64,000 nucleotides of DNA from Thermus sp. (GTDB taxonomy: Bacteria; Deinococcota; Deinococci; Deinococcales; Thermaceae). Shown here in pieces: positions 11,282 through 20,000 of this stretch. The notes under the pieces were generated by a model. The model was not told the origin of the DNA and ran no database searches. It saw only the letters and a list, made by a program, of their open reading frames with translations. The number at the start of each line of letters is the position of its first letter. Position 1 is the first letter of the stretch. The position numbers and the translations under genes are program-made. The stretch covers positions 4,503-68,502 of the forward strand of contig NZ_PSMQ01000002.1 in the NCBI RefSeq assembly GCF_040290245.1, written 5' to 3'.

Positions 11282-12415
11282 TCAGGAGGCGGGCCTGTGT
11301 GGAAGCCTCTCGAGGGCTTCCTGGTAGACCTCCAGATAGGCTTTTGTAATCCGGTCAGGATGGAAGCGGGCGATGGCCAGCTGCCGCGCCCGCTTTTTCA
11401 TTTCCTGAAGCCGGGGGTGGAAAAGGAGGTCTAAAACCGCTTCCGCGAAGCCCTCGAGGTTGCCAAGTTCCACCAGCCTGCCCACCTCGGGGCTTATGAG
11501 TTCGGGCACCCCGCCCACCCGGGTGGCCACCACGGGGACGCCCGAGGCCAACGCCTCCAGGGCCGCCTGCCCGAAGGACTCCTCCTCCGAAGCCAGAAGG
11601 AAAAGGTCCGCTGCTCCTAGGACCTCCTCCGGATGGGGCGTGGGGGGATGGAAGGTGACCCAGGCCTCCACCTCGAGCTCCTTGGCCACCCGACGGACCT
11701 CGGGAAGCTCCGGCCCCTTGCCCAAAAGGAGGAGCCTGGCCTTCGCCCTCTTGCGCACCTTGGCAAAGGCCCGCACGAGGTCCGGCACCCGCTTGATGGG
11801 TCGGAAGTTGGAGGCGTGCACCAGAAGGAACTCCCCCTCCTCGGCATAAACCCCCTTCCGCTCCGGACGAGGGTAGAAGCGTTCCGGGTCCACGGCGTTG
11901 TGGATGACCCTGGGCCGCACCCCAAAGGCCCTCTCGGCCTGGCAGGCCAAGGCCTGGGAGACGGCGGTCGTCATCCCCTTCTGCAGTGCCCGGGCGGTGG
12001 GGGGGCGGAAGGCGGGGTCCATTCCCAGGAGGTTCACGTCCGTCCCATGGAGGGTGTGGACCAAAGGAAGCCGGTCCTCAAAGGCCAGGTATGCTGCCGC
12101 CGCATGGGGGACGGCGTAGTGGGTGTGGACCAGGTCCAGTCCGAGCCTTCCAGCCTCGCTTTCCAGCGTCCCTGCCAAGGAGAGGGTGTACAGAGGGGCG
12201 GGGAAGACCGGGTAGTAGGGGAGGGGGACTTCGATGAAGCGCACGGGGCTTTCCTTGGGAAGCCGGAAGGGGCGTTCCGTGGCGAAGAGGTAGACCTCAT
12301 GCCCCAGGCGGGCAAGCCTTTCCGCAAGCTCTGTGGCCACGATCCCACTTCCCCCGAGGCCGGGGTAGGCCACGAGGCCCAACTTCAAGCCGCCCTCCCA
12401 GCGCCATAAAGACAC
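11282..12415 (-). CDS. bshA: N-acetyl-alpha-D-glucosaminyl L-malate synthase (bacillithiol pathway)
   Basis: YPGLGGSGIVATEL, HYAVPHA, LHGTD, HASNFRPIKR, EESFG..ALEA GT-B motifs. Confidence 0.9.
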   Translation of the reverse strand: MSLWRWEGGLKLGLVAYPGLGGSGIVATELAERLARLGHEVYLFATERPFRLPKESPVRFIEVPLPYYPVFPAPLYTLSLAGTLESEAGRLGLDLVHTHYAVPHAAAAYLAFEDRLPLVHTLHGTDVNLLGMDPAFRPPTARALQKGMTTAVSQALACQAERAFGVRPRVIHNAVDPERFYPRPERKGVYAEEGEFLLVHASNFRPIKRVPDLVRAFAKVRKRAKARLLLLGKGPELPEVRRVAKELEVEAWVTFHPPTPHPEEVLGAADLFLLASEEESFGQAALEALASGVPVVATRVGGVPELISPEVGRLVELGNLEGFAEAVLDLLFHPRLQEMKKRARQLAIARFHPDRITKAYLEVYQEALERLPHRPAS

Positions 12416-12460
12416 CCCTTCAGTCTACCAGAGGGCCTCCTGGCCGTTTCCCCTGCTCCT

Positions 12461-12822
12461 GTGGAGCGGAGCCGGGACTGGATGGCCCAGGCTAGGCGGG
12501 ATCTCCTGCGCGCCCGGGGACCTCGAGGGGCTTTTACGAGGCCGCTTTCTCGGTCTAGCAGGCAGCGGAAAAGGCAGTGGAGGCGGTTTTCGCGCGCCCG
12601 AGGGGTGTGGGCCAGTTGCCGATCGGCTTCAGGGGCTCGAGCTCGTTTCGAAGGACCGGAAGCGCTTTTGGAAGGGGTCTTGGCCCTGGGTATCCGGATG
12701 CGCACCCCAGCGGGGCACCGTTTGGACGGTACGTCCGTAAGGAGGCGGAAGCTTTGGTTGGCTATGCAGAGGCCCTCCTTGAGTTCGATGAGGGTCTTCT
12801 ATCCAGGATGGATGCGGGATGA
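12461..12822 (+). pseudogene. HEPN-domain toxin remnant
   Basis: MERSRDWMAQARRDL, QAAEKAVEA and YPDAHPSGAP pieces lie in different frames with an in-frame stop. Confidence 0.75.
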
Positions 12823-13077
12823 GCTCATCCCCCTCCTTGAGGCTAGGCTTTCCGAGCCAGCCCGGTCTCGTTCAAGGGCGGTTCTCTTTGGATCCTCGGC
12901 CCAGGGTCGGGCTACCGCCTTCAGCAACGTGGACCTGTTCCTCCTCTAGGCCCCTGTGCCGGACGCCGAGGCCTACGCCCTAGCCTGGAGGGTTCTGGAG
13001 GTATTGGGCCTCGGGGTCCACGCCTCCACCGAGGAGGGGGCCCGTGCTGGGGGCCATGCGGGAGGGTGGGGTTGAGC
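12812..13077 (+). pseudogene. Minimal nucleotidyltransferase (MNT) antitoxin remnant
   Basis: VLFGSSAQGRATAFSNVDL (GS..DxD-like, first Asp lost), premature TAG at 12947-12949, C-terminal-like text continues downstream. Confidence 0.7.
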
Positions 13078-13084
13078 TTTGGCC

Positions 13085-13576
13085 CTAGGGCTTCCATCCG
13101 AAGGGTTTGACCGCTTTGATCCTGCCCTCTTCCAACTCGAGGCGTACCAAGCGGATGAGGGTAAGGCTGGCCCTGGGCTTCTTTTGCGCTTCGGAGAGGG
13201 CACGGCCTAAAAGGGTGTCCAGCTCATGGAAAAAGCCCCCGAGGCGAAGGGGCTCATAGGCCACCCCCGCTAGGGTAAAGCAGGGGAGGGTGGCCTTGGG
13301 GCAGTGGGGTTCGAAGCGGAGACTTCCCCCTAGGAAGTAGAGCCGCCACCGGCCGAGATCCACCCGGTGCCCCGCCCTAAGCAGGGCCTGGTACTGGCTG
13401 GATAGCTCCTCCCAAAGGGCCTTGGCTTCTTCTCCCACCGGGCTTAAGGTGTACCGCCAGGCGCTCCCTTCGTGCAGGGTGGTGGTGCGGATGGTGCTTT
13501 GGGACTGGGCGAGGCGCCAGGACTGGGCTAGGCCCAGCCCAAAAAGCCACGGGATGAGGAGCAGGATAAGCTGCAT
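13085..13576 (-). CDS. Secreted hypothetical protein
   Basis: Signal peptide ending GLGLAQ; CxxxxxxC pair. Confidence 0.65.
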   Translation of the reverse strand: MQLILLLIPWLFGLGLAQSWRLAQSQSTIRTTTLHEGSAWRYTLSPVGEEAKALWEELSSQYQALLRAGHRVDLGRWRLYFLGGSLRFEPHCPKATLPCFTLAGVAYEPLRLGGFFHELDTLLGRALSEAQKKPRASLTLIRLVRLELEEGRIKAVKPFGWKP

Positions 13577-13585
13577 GGCGCCATT

Positions 13586-13750
13586 CTATACCCCTTTTGT
13601 GCACCGGGCAGGGTGGTAGGCCACCTCGAGGCTCAGGGGCAGCTGGACCCCCTGGACCTTTCGCACCAGGGCGGGGGGAGGAGTGGGTAGAGTGGGCTTG
13701 ATCAGGCGAAAGAGGTGCTCCAGAATCAGGCTCATCCTAAGGGCGCGCAT
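13586..13750 (-). CDS. 54-aa ORF coupled to the VWA gene, possibly a truncated gene remnant
   Basis: ATG overlaps the VWA stop (TGATG); MRALRMSLILEHLF...CTKGV*. Confidence 0.35.
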   Translation of the reverse strand: MRALRMSLILEHLFRLIKPTLPTPPPALVRKVQGVQLPLSLEVAYHPARCTKGV

Positions 13751-14973
13751 CAGTTCCTCCGCACCTTGTTGTTCAGGAAGTCCAGAAGGAGGTACCTTCC
13801 GATGTTGCCGGGGTGGGTGAGGTAGGCCTTGCCCCGGGTGAGCTGGCTGAGCTTTTTCACAAAGGCCAGCAGTGCGGGCTCGCGGGCGAGCATGAAGGTG
13901 TGGATGGGAATCCTTTCCTTTCTGGCCTGGGTGGCCTCCTTCAGCGTTTCGGCCAGGATCAAGGGGTCCAGGCCCCAGGCGTTTTTGTAGACCTCCCCGC
14001 TGGGGAGGGTGATGGCGGAGGGTTTTCCGTCGGTGATGAGGATGATCTGGCGCATCTCTCCGCCCATCTTTCTCAGGAGCGTGCGGGCAAGCTCCAGCCC
14101 CGCCTTGGTGTTGGTGTGGTATGGCCCCACCTGGGCCATGGGAAGCCGGGCCAGAGGGATCTCTTCCGCAGTATCGTGAAAGAGGACGAAGCGCACCTGG
14201 TCCCCGGGGTACTGGGTGCGGATGAGGTGGGCCAGAGCCAAAGCCACCCTTTTGGCCGGGGTGAACCGGTCCTCCCCGTACAGGATCATGGAGTGGGAGC
14301 AGTCCAAGAGGACCACGGTGTTCATGGCGGCGGTGTACTCGGACAGCTCCACCACCAGATCCTCCTCGGTAAGGTTGGAAAGCCCCTTGGGGAGGGCTTT
14401 TTTCAGGGTCTCTACCGGGTTGAGCCTCGGCGTATCCCCCCATTCAAAGGGCTTGGTCTCCCCAGCGCTTTCCACCCCCGGGGCGTACTGGGGGGTGGGG
14501 TGGAGACCGGGGGCGTTCCGGCCCAAGGCCCCTAGGAGCTCCCGGAGGCTTCTCAGGCCGAGGAAGTCCGCGGCTTTTTCCGTCAGTTCAAACCGGGCTT
14601 CTTGGGCCTCCCCCTTGGATCCGCCTGGTGCGGGCTGGGTGGGGTCTTCCCCTGGGAGGCGGAGGTAGCCCGCCTCCTTGAGCCTCTCGATCATCTGCTG
14701 GATGGCCCGGTAGAGCCGGGTCTCCTCCTTCCGGTTTGCGAAGCGGGCCTCCCGGAGCCAGTCCTCGGGGACGAGGTCGTTTTTGAGCAGGGCCTGGAGG
14801 AGGGCATCGTAGAGATCTTCTAGGCTGGGTTGGCGATCCGGGTCCGGGTCGTGGCGCTGGAAGGGGTCGGAAAACCCCGAATCGAGGAGGAAGTCCTCCA
14901 GGAGGCTCAGGATCTCCTCCGGGGAGAGATCCTCCAGGCCGCCTTGGTACTGGCTATACCGTACAGCTTTCAC
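13750..14973 (-). CDS. VWA domain protein
   Basis: MIDAS motif DCSHSM...TNT...ITDG; N-terminal YSQYQGG region. Confidence 0.88.
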   Translation of the reverse strand: MKAVRYSQYQGGLEDLSPEEILSLLEDFLLDSGFSDPFQRHDPDPDRQPSLEDLYDALLQALLKNDLVPEDWLREARFANRKEETRLYRAIQQMIERLKEAGYLRLPGEDPTQPAPGGSKGEAQEARFELTEKAADFLGLRSLRELLGALGRNAPGLHPTPQYAPGVESAGETKPFEWGDTPRLNPVETLKKALPKGLSNLTEEDLVVELSEYTAAMNTVVLLDCSHSMILYGEDRFTPAKRVALALAHLIRTQYPGDQVRFVLFHDTAEEIPLARLPMAQVGPYHTNTKAGLELARTLLRKMGGEMRQIILITDGKPSAITLPSGEVYKNAWGLDPLILAETLKEATQARKERIPIHTFMLAREPALLAFVKKLSQLTRGKAYLTHPGNIGRYLLLDFLNNKVRRN

Positions 14974-15032
14974 GCACCCACCCCCTTTGGAGGACCCCTT
15001 TGGCCTGCGAACCCAAAGAGGCCCGCGTAAGG

Positions 15033-16424
15033 CTAGTTGCCATACCCCCTCGTGCGCTCCGCAGCCTGGTAGCTCGCCTCCCCCCGGGCGAGCTTTCTCC
15101 GGCCCACCAGGCCCTCCAGGATGAACTCCGCCGCAGGGACGAGTTCCGCCTCGGTCTGGGCCAGCTTCCGCGCCTCGCCCAGAAGCCCAGGAACCCGCCC
15201 GGCCTCCTCCAGGGCCAGCTGGGGGTCTTCGGGAAGGGTGAGGAGGTTGCCCTCTTCAAAGTAGGACAGAATAGGGGCGGTGTTGAGCGTCTTCAGGTAC
15301 TCCCCAAGGGCCAGGCCGAAGGCCTTTTGCACCAGGTCTCTGGCCACCTTCTCGGCGCCTTGGAGCTCGCCCTCGTATTCCAGTTCCAGCTTCCCCGTGA
15401 TGGCGGGAAGGGCCCCGTAGAGGTCCAAAGGCCGGGCTACCTTGGGGGCATTGAGCCTCAGGCCGCGGGCCTCCGCGCTTGCGGCCACCAGCTCGAGGAG
15501 GCTGATGGAAAGCCGCTGGGAAACCCCGGCGGTCTGGTCCACCCGACGGTCCTCCCGGGCGGCAAAGGCCACCCCTTCCACCGCTTTGAGGATGAACTCG
15601 GGCACCCGCACCCCCTCAGGGGTGAAGGCCTCCTGGCGGGTGATCCGCACCCCCTCTTCCAGCGTCCTTGGGTAGTGGGTGCGGATCTCGCTTCCGATGC
15701 GGTCCTTTAGGGGCGTGACGATCTTTCCCCGGGCGGTGTAGTCCTGGGGGTTGGCGGTGAAGACGAGCCAGACGTCCAGCTCCATCCGCACCGGGTAGCC
15801 CCGGATCTGGACATCCCCCTCCTGGAGGATGTTGAAAAGGGCCACCTGGACCTTGGGGGCCAGGTCGGGCAGCTCGTTCACCGCGAAGATCCCCCGGTTC
15901 GCCCGGGGTAAGAGGCCGAAGTGAATGGCCTCGAGGTCGGAAAGGGCAGTGCCCCTCCGGGCCGCCTTGATGGGGTCCATATCCCCCAGGAGGTCCGCCA
16001 CCGTGGTGTCGGGGGTGGCGAGCTTCTCGATGTACCGCTCCTCCCGGTCCACCCAGACGATGGGGGTGTCCTCGCCCGCCTCCTCCAGAAGCCTTTTTCC
16101 TTCTTCGGAGATGGGCCTTAAGGGGTTGTCGCGAAGCTCGGTGGGGAGGGCGGGGATCTCCTCGTCCAGGAGGTTTACGAGGCCCCTAAGGATGCGGCTT
16201 TTCGCCTGGCCCCGGGTGCCCAGGAGGATGAAGTTGTGCCGGGCGAGGATGGCGTGGATGAGGGCGGGGAGGACGGTTTCCTCGTAACCGTGGATTCCGG
16301 GGAAGAGGGGCCTCCCCTCCTTGAGCTTCCGGATGAGGTTCTCCCGGGCCTCGTCCTTCACGCTTCTTCTGAGTTTGTCCAGGGGGTAGGTCCGCTTAAG
16401 TTCGCCCAAGGTCTTGGCCCGCAT
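15033..16424 (-). CDS. MoxR/Mg-chelatase-like AAA+ ATPase
   Basis: Walker A variant GTRGQAKS, Walker B variant FAVNE, FTANP..YT.RG, LKDRIG. Confidence 0.85.
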   Translation of the reverse strand: MRAKTLGELKRTYPLDKLRRSVKDEARENLIRKLKEGRPLFPGIHGYEETVLPALIHAILARHNFILLGTRGQAKSRILRGLVNLLDEEIPALPTELRDNPLRPISEEGKRLLEEAGEDTPIVWVDREERYIEKLATPDTTVADLLGDMDPIKAARRGTALSDLEAIHFGLLPRANRGIFAVNELPDLAPKVQVALFNILQEGDVQIRGYPVRMELDVWLVFTANPQDYTARGKIVTPLKDRIGSEIRTHYPRTLEEGVRITRQEAFTPEGVRVPEFILKAVEGVAFAAREDRRVDQTAGVSQRLSISLLELVAASAEARGLRLNAPKVARPLDLYGALPAITGKLELEYEGELQGAEKVARDLVQKAFGLALGEYLKTLNTAPILSYFEEGNLLTLPEDPQLALEEAGRVPGLLGEARKLAQTEAELVPAAEFILEGLVGRRKLARGEASYQAAERTRGYGN

Positions 16425-16515
16425 GGCCTCAGTTTAGGCTTTTTCGCTCGGTTGGGTGTGGCGTAAATTAGGTTTTGCCACACGCGGCTCTCATGCCTTT
16501 GCGATAGGCTAAGCG

Positions 16516-17058
16516 GTGATGCATGGGACGACCATCGTGGCGGTGCGAAAAAGCGGCATGACCGCCATCGCCGGGGATGGCCAGGTGACCTTCGGCCAGA
16601 CCATTTTGAAGACGAGGGCGGTCAAGGTGCGAAGGCTCGAGGTGGGCCAGGGGGTCCTGGTGGGTTTCGCGGGGAGCGTGGCGGATTCCATCACCCTCTT
16701 GGACAAGTTTGAGGCGGCGCTCAAGGAGGCCAAGGGGCAGCTTTTGAGGGCGGCGGTGGAAACGGCCAAGCTCTGGCGTACGGACCGCGTCCTCCGCCAC
16801 CTCGAGGCCCTCCTCATCGCCGCGGACCAGGAAACCCTCCTTTTGATCTCGGGAAACGGCGAGGTCATCGCCCCGGACGAGCCCGTGTTGGCGGTGGGCT
16901 CGGGGGGGGGCTACGCCTTGGCCGCGGCCAAGGCGCTTCTTCGCCACACCGACCTTTCCGCTCGGGAGATCGCGGAGGAGGCCTTGCGCATTGCTGCCGA
17001 GATCGACCTCTACACCTCCGGCACCGCCACCGTCCTCACCCTGGGAGGTGGTGCGTGA
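16516..17058 (+). CDS. hslV: HslV protease subunit
   Basis: TTIVAV (catalytic Thr after short propeptide), AGDGQVT, GSGG.YA.AAA. Confidence 0.96.
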   Translation: MMHGTTIVAVRKSGMTAIAGDGQVTFGQTILKTRAVKVRRLEVGQGVLVGFAGSVADSITLLDKFEAALKEAKGQLLRAAVETAKLWRTDRVLRHLEALLIAADQETLLLISGNGEVIAPDEPVLAVGSGGGYALAAAKALLRHTDLSAREIAEEALRIAAEIDLYTSGTATVLTLGGGA

Positions 17059-18305
17059 ACCTGACCCCAGGCGAGATCGTCCGTGAGCTCTCCAAGCACA
17101 TCGTGGGCCAGGAGGAGGCCAAGCGGGCGGTGGCCGTGGCCCTCCGCAACCGTTACCGCAGGAAGCGCCTTCCCCCCGAGGTGGCCCGGGAGGTGGTGCC
17201 CAAGAACATCCTCATGATCGGGCCCACAGGGGTGGGGAAGACGGAGATCGCCCGCCGCCTGGCCCGGCTGGCCGGGGCGCCTTTCGTCAAGGTGGAGGCC
17301 ACCAAGTTCACCGAGGTGGGGTATGTGGGCCGGGACGTGGACAGCATCGTCCGGGACCTGGCGGAGGCGAGCCACCAGCTGGTCCTCGAGGAGATGAAGA
17401 AGAAGGTCGAGGAGAAGGCCACCCGCTTGGCGGAGGAGGAGCTCGCCACCTTGCTTCGGGTCTCCCCCTTCGAAGTCGCCTCCGGCCGCCTGGATGGGGC
17501 TTTTGTGGAGGTCCAGGTGGAGGAGGAGGCCCAGGTGCCCTTCATGGGGGTCCTGGGGGGGGAACAGTTTTCGGGTATGGCCGAGATGCTCAAGGGCCTC
17601 CTTCCCAAAAGGCCCGTCCGGAAGCGGATGACGGTCCGGGAGGCCCGGGAGGTCCTGCGAAACCAGCACGCGGAGCGCCTCATCGACAAGGAGGAGCTCA
17701 AGGAGGAGGCCCGGCGGAGGGCCCAGGAGGAGGGGATCGTCTTCATCGATGAGATCGACAAGATCGCCCGCCGCCAGGGCGGGGTGGGCCCCGACGTCTC
17801 GGGGGAAGGGGTGCAGCGGGACCTCCTGCCCATCGTGGAAGGGACGGTGGTCTCCACCCGCTTAGGCCCCATCTCCACCGAGCACGTCCTCTTCATCGCC
17901 GCAGGGGCTTTCCACGTGGCCAAACCCTCGGATCTCATCCCCGAGCTCCAGGGCCGGTTTCCCATCCGGGTGGAGCTTTCCCCTTTGGGCCCGGAGGACT
18001 TTTTCCGCATCCTCACCGAGCCGGAAAACTCCCTCCTCAAGCAGTACACCGAGCTCCTCCGGGTGGATGGGACGGAGCTCGTCTTTCACGAGGACGCCAT
18101 AAAGGCCATTGCCGAGGCCGCCCACCGGGCCAACCAGGAGCTCGAGGACATCGGGGCTAGACGGCTTTCCACGGTTTTGGAGCGGGTTCTGGAGGAGGTG
18201 AGCTTCCAAACGGAGCTCGGACGGGTGGAGATCACCCGGGCTTACGTAGAGGAAAGGCTGAAAGGCGTGCTTTCCTCGCCGGACCTTTCCCGGTATATCC
18301 TGTAA
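17055..18305 (+). CDS. hslU: HslU ATPase subunit with short I-domain
   Basis: GPTGVGKT, KFTEVGYVG, FIDEIDK, GVQRDLLP, C-terminal DLSRYIL. Confidence 0.97.
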   Translation: MNLTPGEIVRELSKHIVGQEEAKRAVAVALRNRYRRKRLPPEVAREVVPKNILMIGPTGVGKTEIARRLARLAGAPFVKVEATKFTEVGYVGRDVDSIVRDLAEASHQLVLEEMKKKVEEKATRLAEEELATLLRVSPFEVASGRLDGAFVEVQVEEEAQVPFMGVLGGEQFSGMAEMLKGLLPKRPVRKRMTVREAREVLRNQHAERLIDKEELKEEARRRAQEEGIVFIDEIDKIARRQGGVGPDVSGEGVQRDLLPIVEGTVVSTRLGPISTEHVLFIAAGAFHVAKPSDLIPELQGRFPIRVELSPLGPEDFFRILTEPENSLLKQYTELLRVDGTELVFHEDAIKAIAEAAHRANQELEDIGARRLSTVLERVLEEVSFQTELGRVEITRAYVEERLKGVLSSPDLSRYIL

Positions 18306-18316
18306 AGGAGGCAAAG

Positions 18317-19375
18317 ATGCGGAGCATATTCCTTTTGGTGGCGGTTTGGATGGGGGCGCTTGGTCTGGCCCAGACCCCGCCCCCCAAGGCTTCCGATCCC
18401 GTACAGGTGGGGGTCCAGCTCTACCGGCTAGGGCTTTACGACAAGGCCTTACCCAAGTTTGAAGAGGCGCTGAAGAGAAACCCCAGCAGCCCCGAGGCCC
18501 TCTACTGGCTGGCCCGGACCCAGCTTAAGCTCGGGCTTTTGAACCCCGCCTTGGAGAACGCCAAAACCCTGGTGGCGCGCAACGCCACCTACATTGGGGG
18601 GTATATGGTCCTGGCCGAGGCCTATGTGGCCTTGGCCCGCGCCACCGAGGACAGGGCGCGGGCGCAGGGCTATCTGGAGATGGCCCTGACCGCCTTGAAG
18701 GACGGGGAGAAGGTCAATCCCAAGTATCCCCCCCTCCACGCCCAGCGGGGGGTGGTCTACGCCTTCTTGGGCCAGTACGACAAGGCGGTGGAGAGCCTGA
18801 AGCTGAGCCTGGTTTTGGAGGATGCCCCCGAGGTCCGTTCCACTTTAGCCGAGGTGTACCTGGCCCAGGGGAAGGCGGATGAAGCCCTTCAGGAGTATAA
18901 GAAGGCCCTGGCCAAGGCCCCCCAGGATGTCTCCTTGCGGGTGCGGTACGCCTCCTTGCTCCTTTTAAAGAACCAGGCGGAGGAGGCGGCCAAGGTCCTC
19001 GAGGAAGCGGTTCAGATGAGGCCGGGGAACGCCGAGGCCTGGTACACCCTGGGCCAGGCCTACTTTGCCTTAAGGCGGTGGAAGGAGGCGGGGGTGGCCT
19101 TCGAACAGACCATTGCCCTGGCCCCGGTGCGCTACCCCGCCGCCTACGCCTACGCAGGCCGGGTCTATATGGAGCTCGGGGAGGCTCAGAAGGCCAGAAG
19201 CCGACTCACGGTCGCGGTCCAGATGGAAAAGCAAAACCCCGAGTACCGCTTCTACCTTGGCCTGGCCAACGAGCGCCTTGGGGATAAGGCGGGGGCGCGG
19301 TATCAGTGCCAGGAGGCCCTGAAGTTGAAACCGGGCTTCAAGGAGGCGGAAGACTGTGTAAACCGAAACCTCTAG
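18317..19375 (+). CDS. Exported tetratricopeptide repeat protein
   Basis: Signal peptide (GLAQ) and repeated A...LG..Y...G....A....F..A helical pairs. Confidence 0.88.
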   Translation: MRSIFLLVAVWMGALGLAQTPPPKASDPVQVGVQLYRLGLYDKALPKFEEALKRNPSSPEALYWLARTQLKLGLLNPALENAKTLVARNATYIGGYMVLAEAYVALARATEDRARAQGYLEMALTALKDGEKVNPKYPPLHAQRGVVYAFLGQYDKAVESLKLSLVLEDAPEVRSTLAEVYLAQGKADEALQEYKKALAKAPQDVSLRVRYASLLLLKNQAEEAAKVLEEAVQMRPGNAEAWYTLGQAYFALRRWKEAGVAFEQTIALAPVRYPAAYAYAGRVYMELGEAQKARSRLTVAVQMEKQNPEYRFYLGLANERLGDKAGARYQCQEALKLKPGFKEAEDCVNRNL

Positions 19376-19440
19376 GAGCTTGTGCGCTGCTTCCTGGACT
19401 TTAGCCCAGGGAACGGCGTTTTAAAAAAACGGGGGAGCGC

Positions 19441-19461
19441 GAGGGGGCTGTAATCCCCCTC
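19441..19461. terminator. Hairpin between convergent TPR gene and tatA
   Basis: GAGGGGG-CTGTAAT-CCCCCTC inverted repeat. Confidence 0.55.
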
Positions 19462-19469
19462 AAATTATG

Positions 19470-19634
19470 CTAGGCCTTGGGCTCCTCCTTTTTTTCCTCC
19501 CCCTCGGAGAGGCCCTTCTTGAACTCCCGGGCCGACTGCCCGATCCCGCGGGCCAGCTCGGGCAGCTTCCTCGCTCCGAAAAGGAGGAGGATAACCAGAA
19601 CAATCAGAAGAAGCTCCAGCGGTCCTAGGCGCAT
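19470..19634 (-). CDS. tatA: Twin-arginine translocase TatA/TatE subunit (too short for the ORF track)
   Basis: Hand translation MRLGPLELLLIVLVILLLFGARKLPELARGIGQSAREFKKGLSEGEEKKEEPKA*; FG..KLP motif. Confidence 0.93.
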   Translation of the reverse strand: MRLGPLELLLIVLVILLLFGARKLPELARGIGQSAREFKKGLSEGEEKKEEPKA

Positions 19635-19662
19635 GGCTAGAGTATACACTAAGCCTGCCAGG

Positions 19663-19692
19663 TTGACCCTTCCTTATCCGGCGTGGTAGTTT
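19663..19692 (+). promoter_or_regulatory. tRNA operon promoter
   Basis: TTGACC-18bp-TAGTTT with extended TG, followed by a GC-rich stretch. Confidence 0.55.
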
Positions 19693-19716
19693 AGCTTCTG
19701 GGCCTGCCCGTGGCCC

Positions 19717-19793
<77 letters not shown>

Positions 19794-19797
19794 TCTC

Positions 19798-19873
19798 GCG
19801 GGAGTAGCTCAGTTGGTAGAGCATCGGCCTTCCAAGCCGAGGGTCGCGGGTTCGAGTCCCGTCTCCCGCTCCA
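19798..19873 (+). tRNA. tRNA-Gly(TCC)
   Basis: GCGGGAG acceptor stem, TCGGC-CTTCCAA-GCCGA anticodon arm, TTCGAG, CCA. Confidence 0.95.
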
Positions 19874-19907
19874 ACCCCGGGGCGGCCTCGGCCGCCCCCT
19901 TCTGTTT

Positions 19908-19983
19908 GGGCCCGTAGCTCAGTGGACAGAGCAGCCGCCTTCTAAGCGGTAGGTCGGGGGTTCGAATCCCTCCGGGCCCGCCA
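19908..19983 (+). tRNA. tRNA-Arg(TCT)
   Basis: GGGCCCG acceptor stem, GCCGC-CTTCTAA-GCGGT anticodon arm, TTCGAAT, CCA. Confidence 0.95.
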
Positions 19984-20000
19984 GATTTTTTGAATCTGCT

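Noticed and set aside
17055-18305. Short HslU I-domain as a deletion lesion
   Set aside because: All motifs and the C-terminus are intact; ~416 aa matches what I recall for Thermus HslU.
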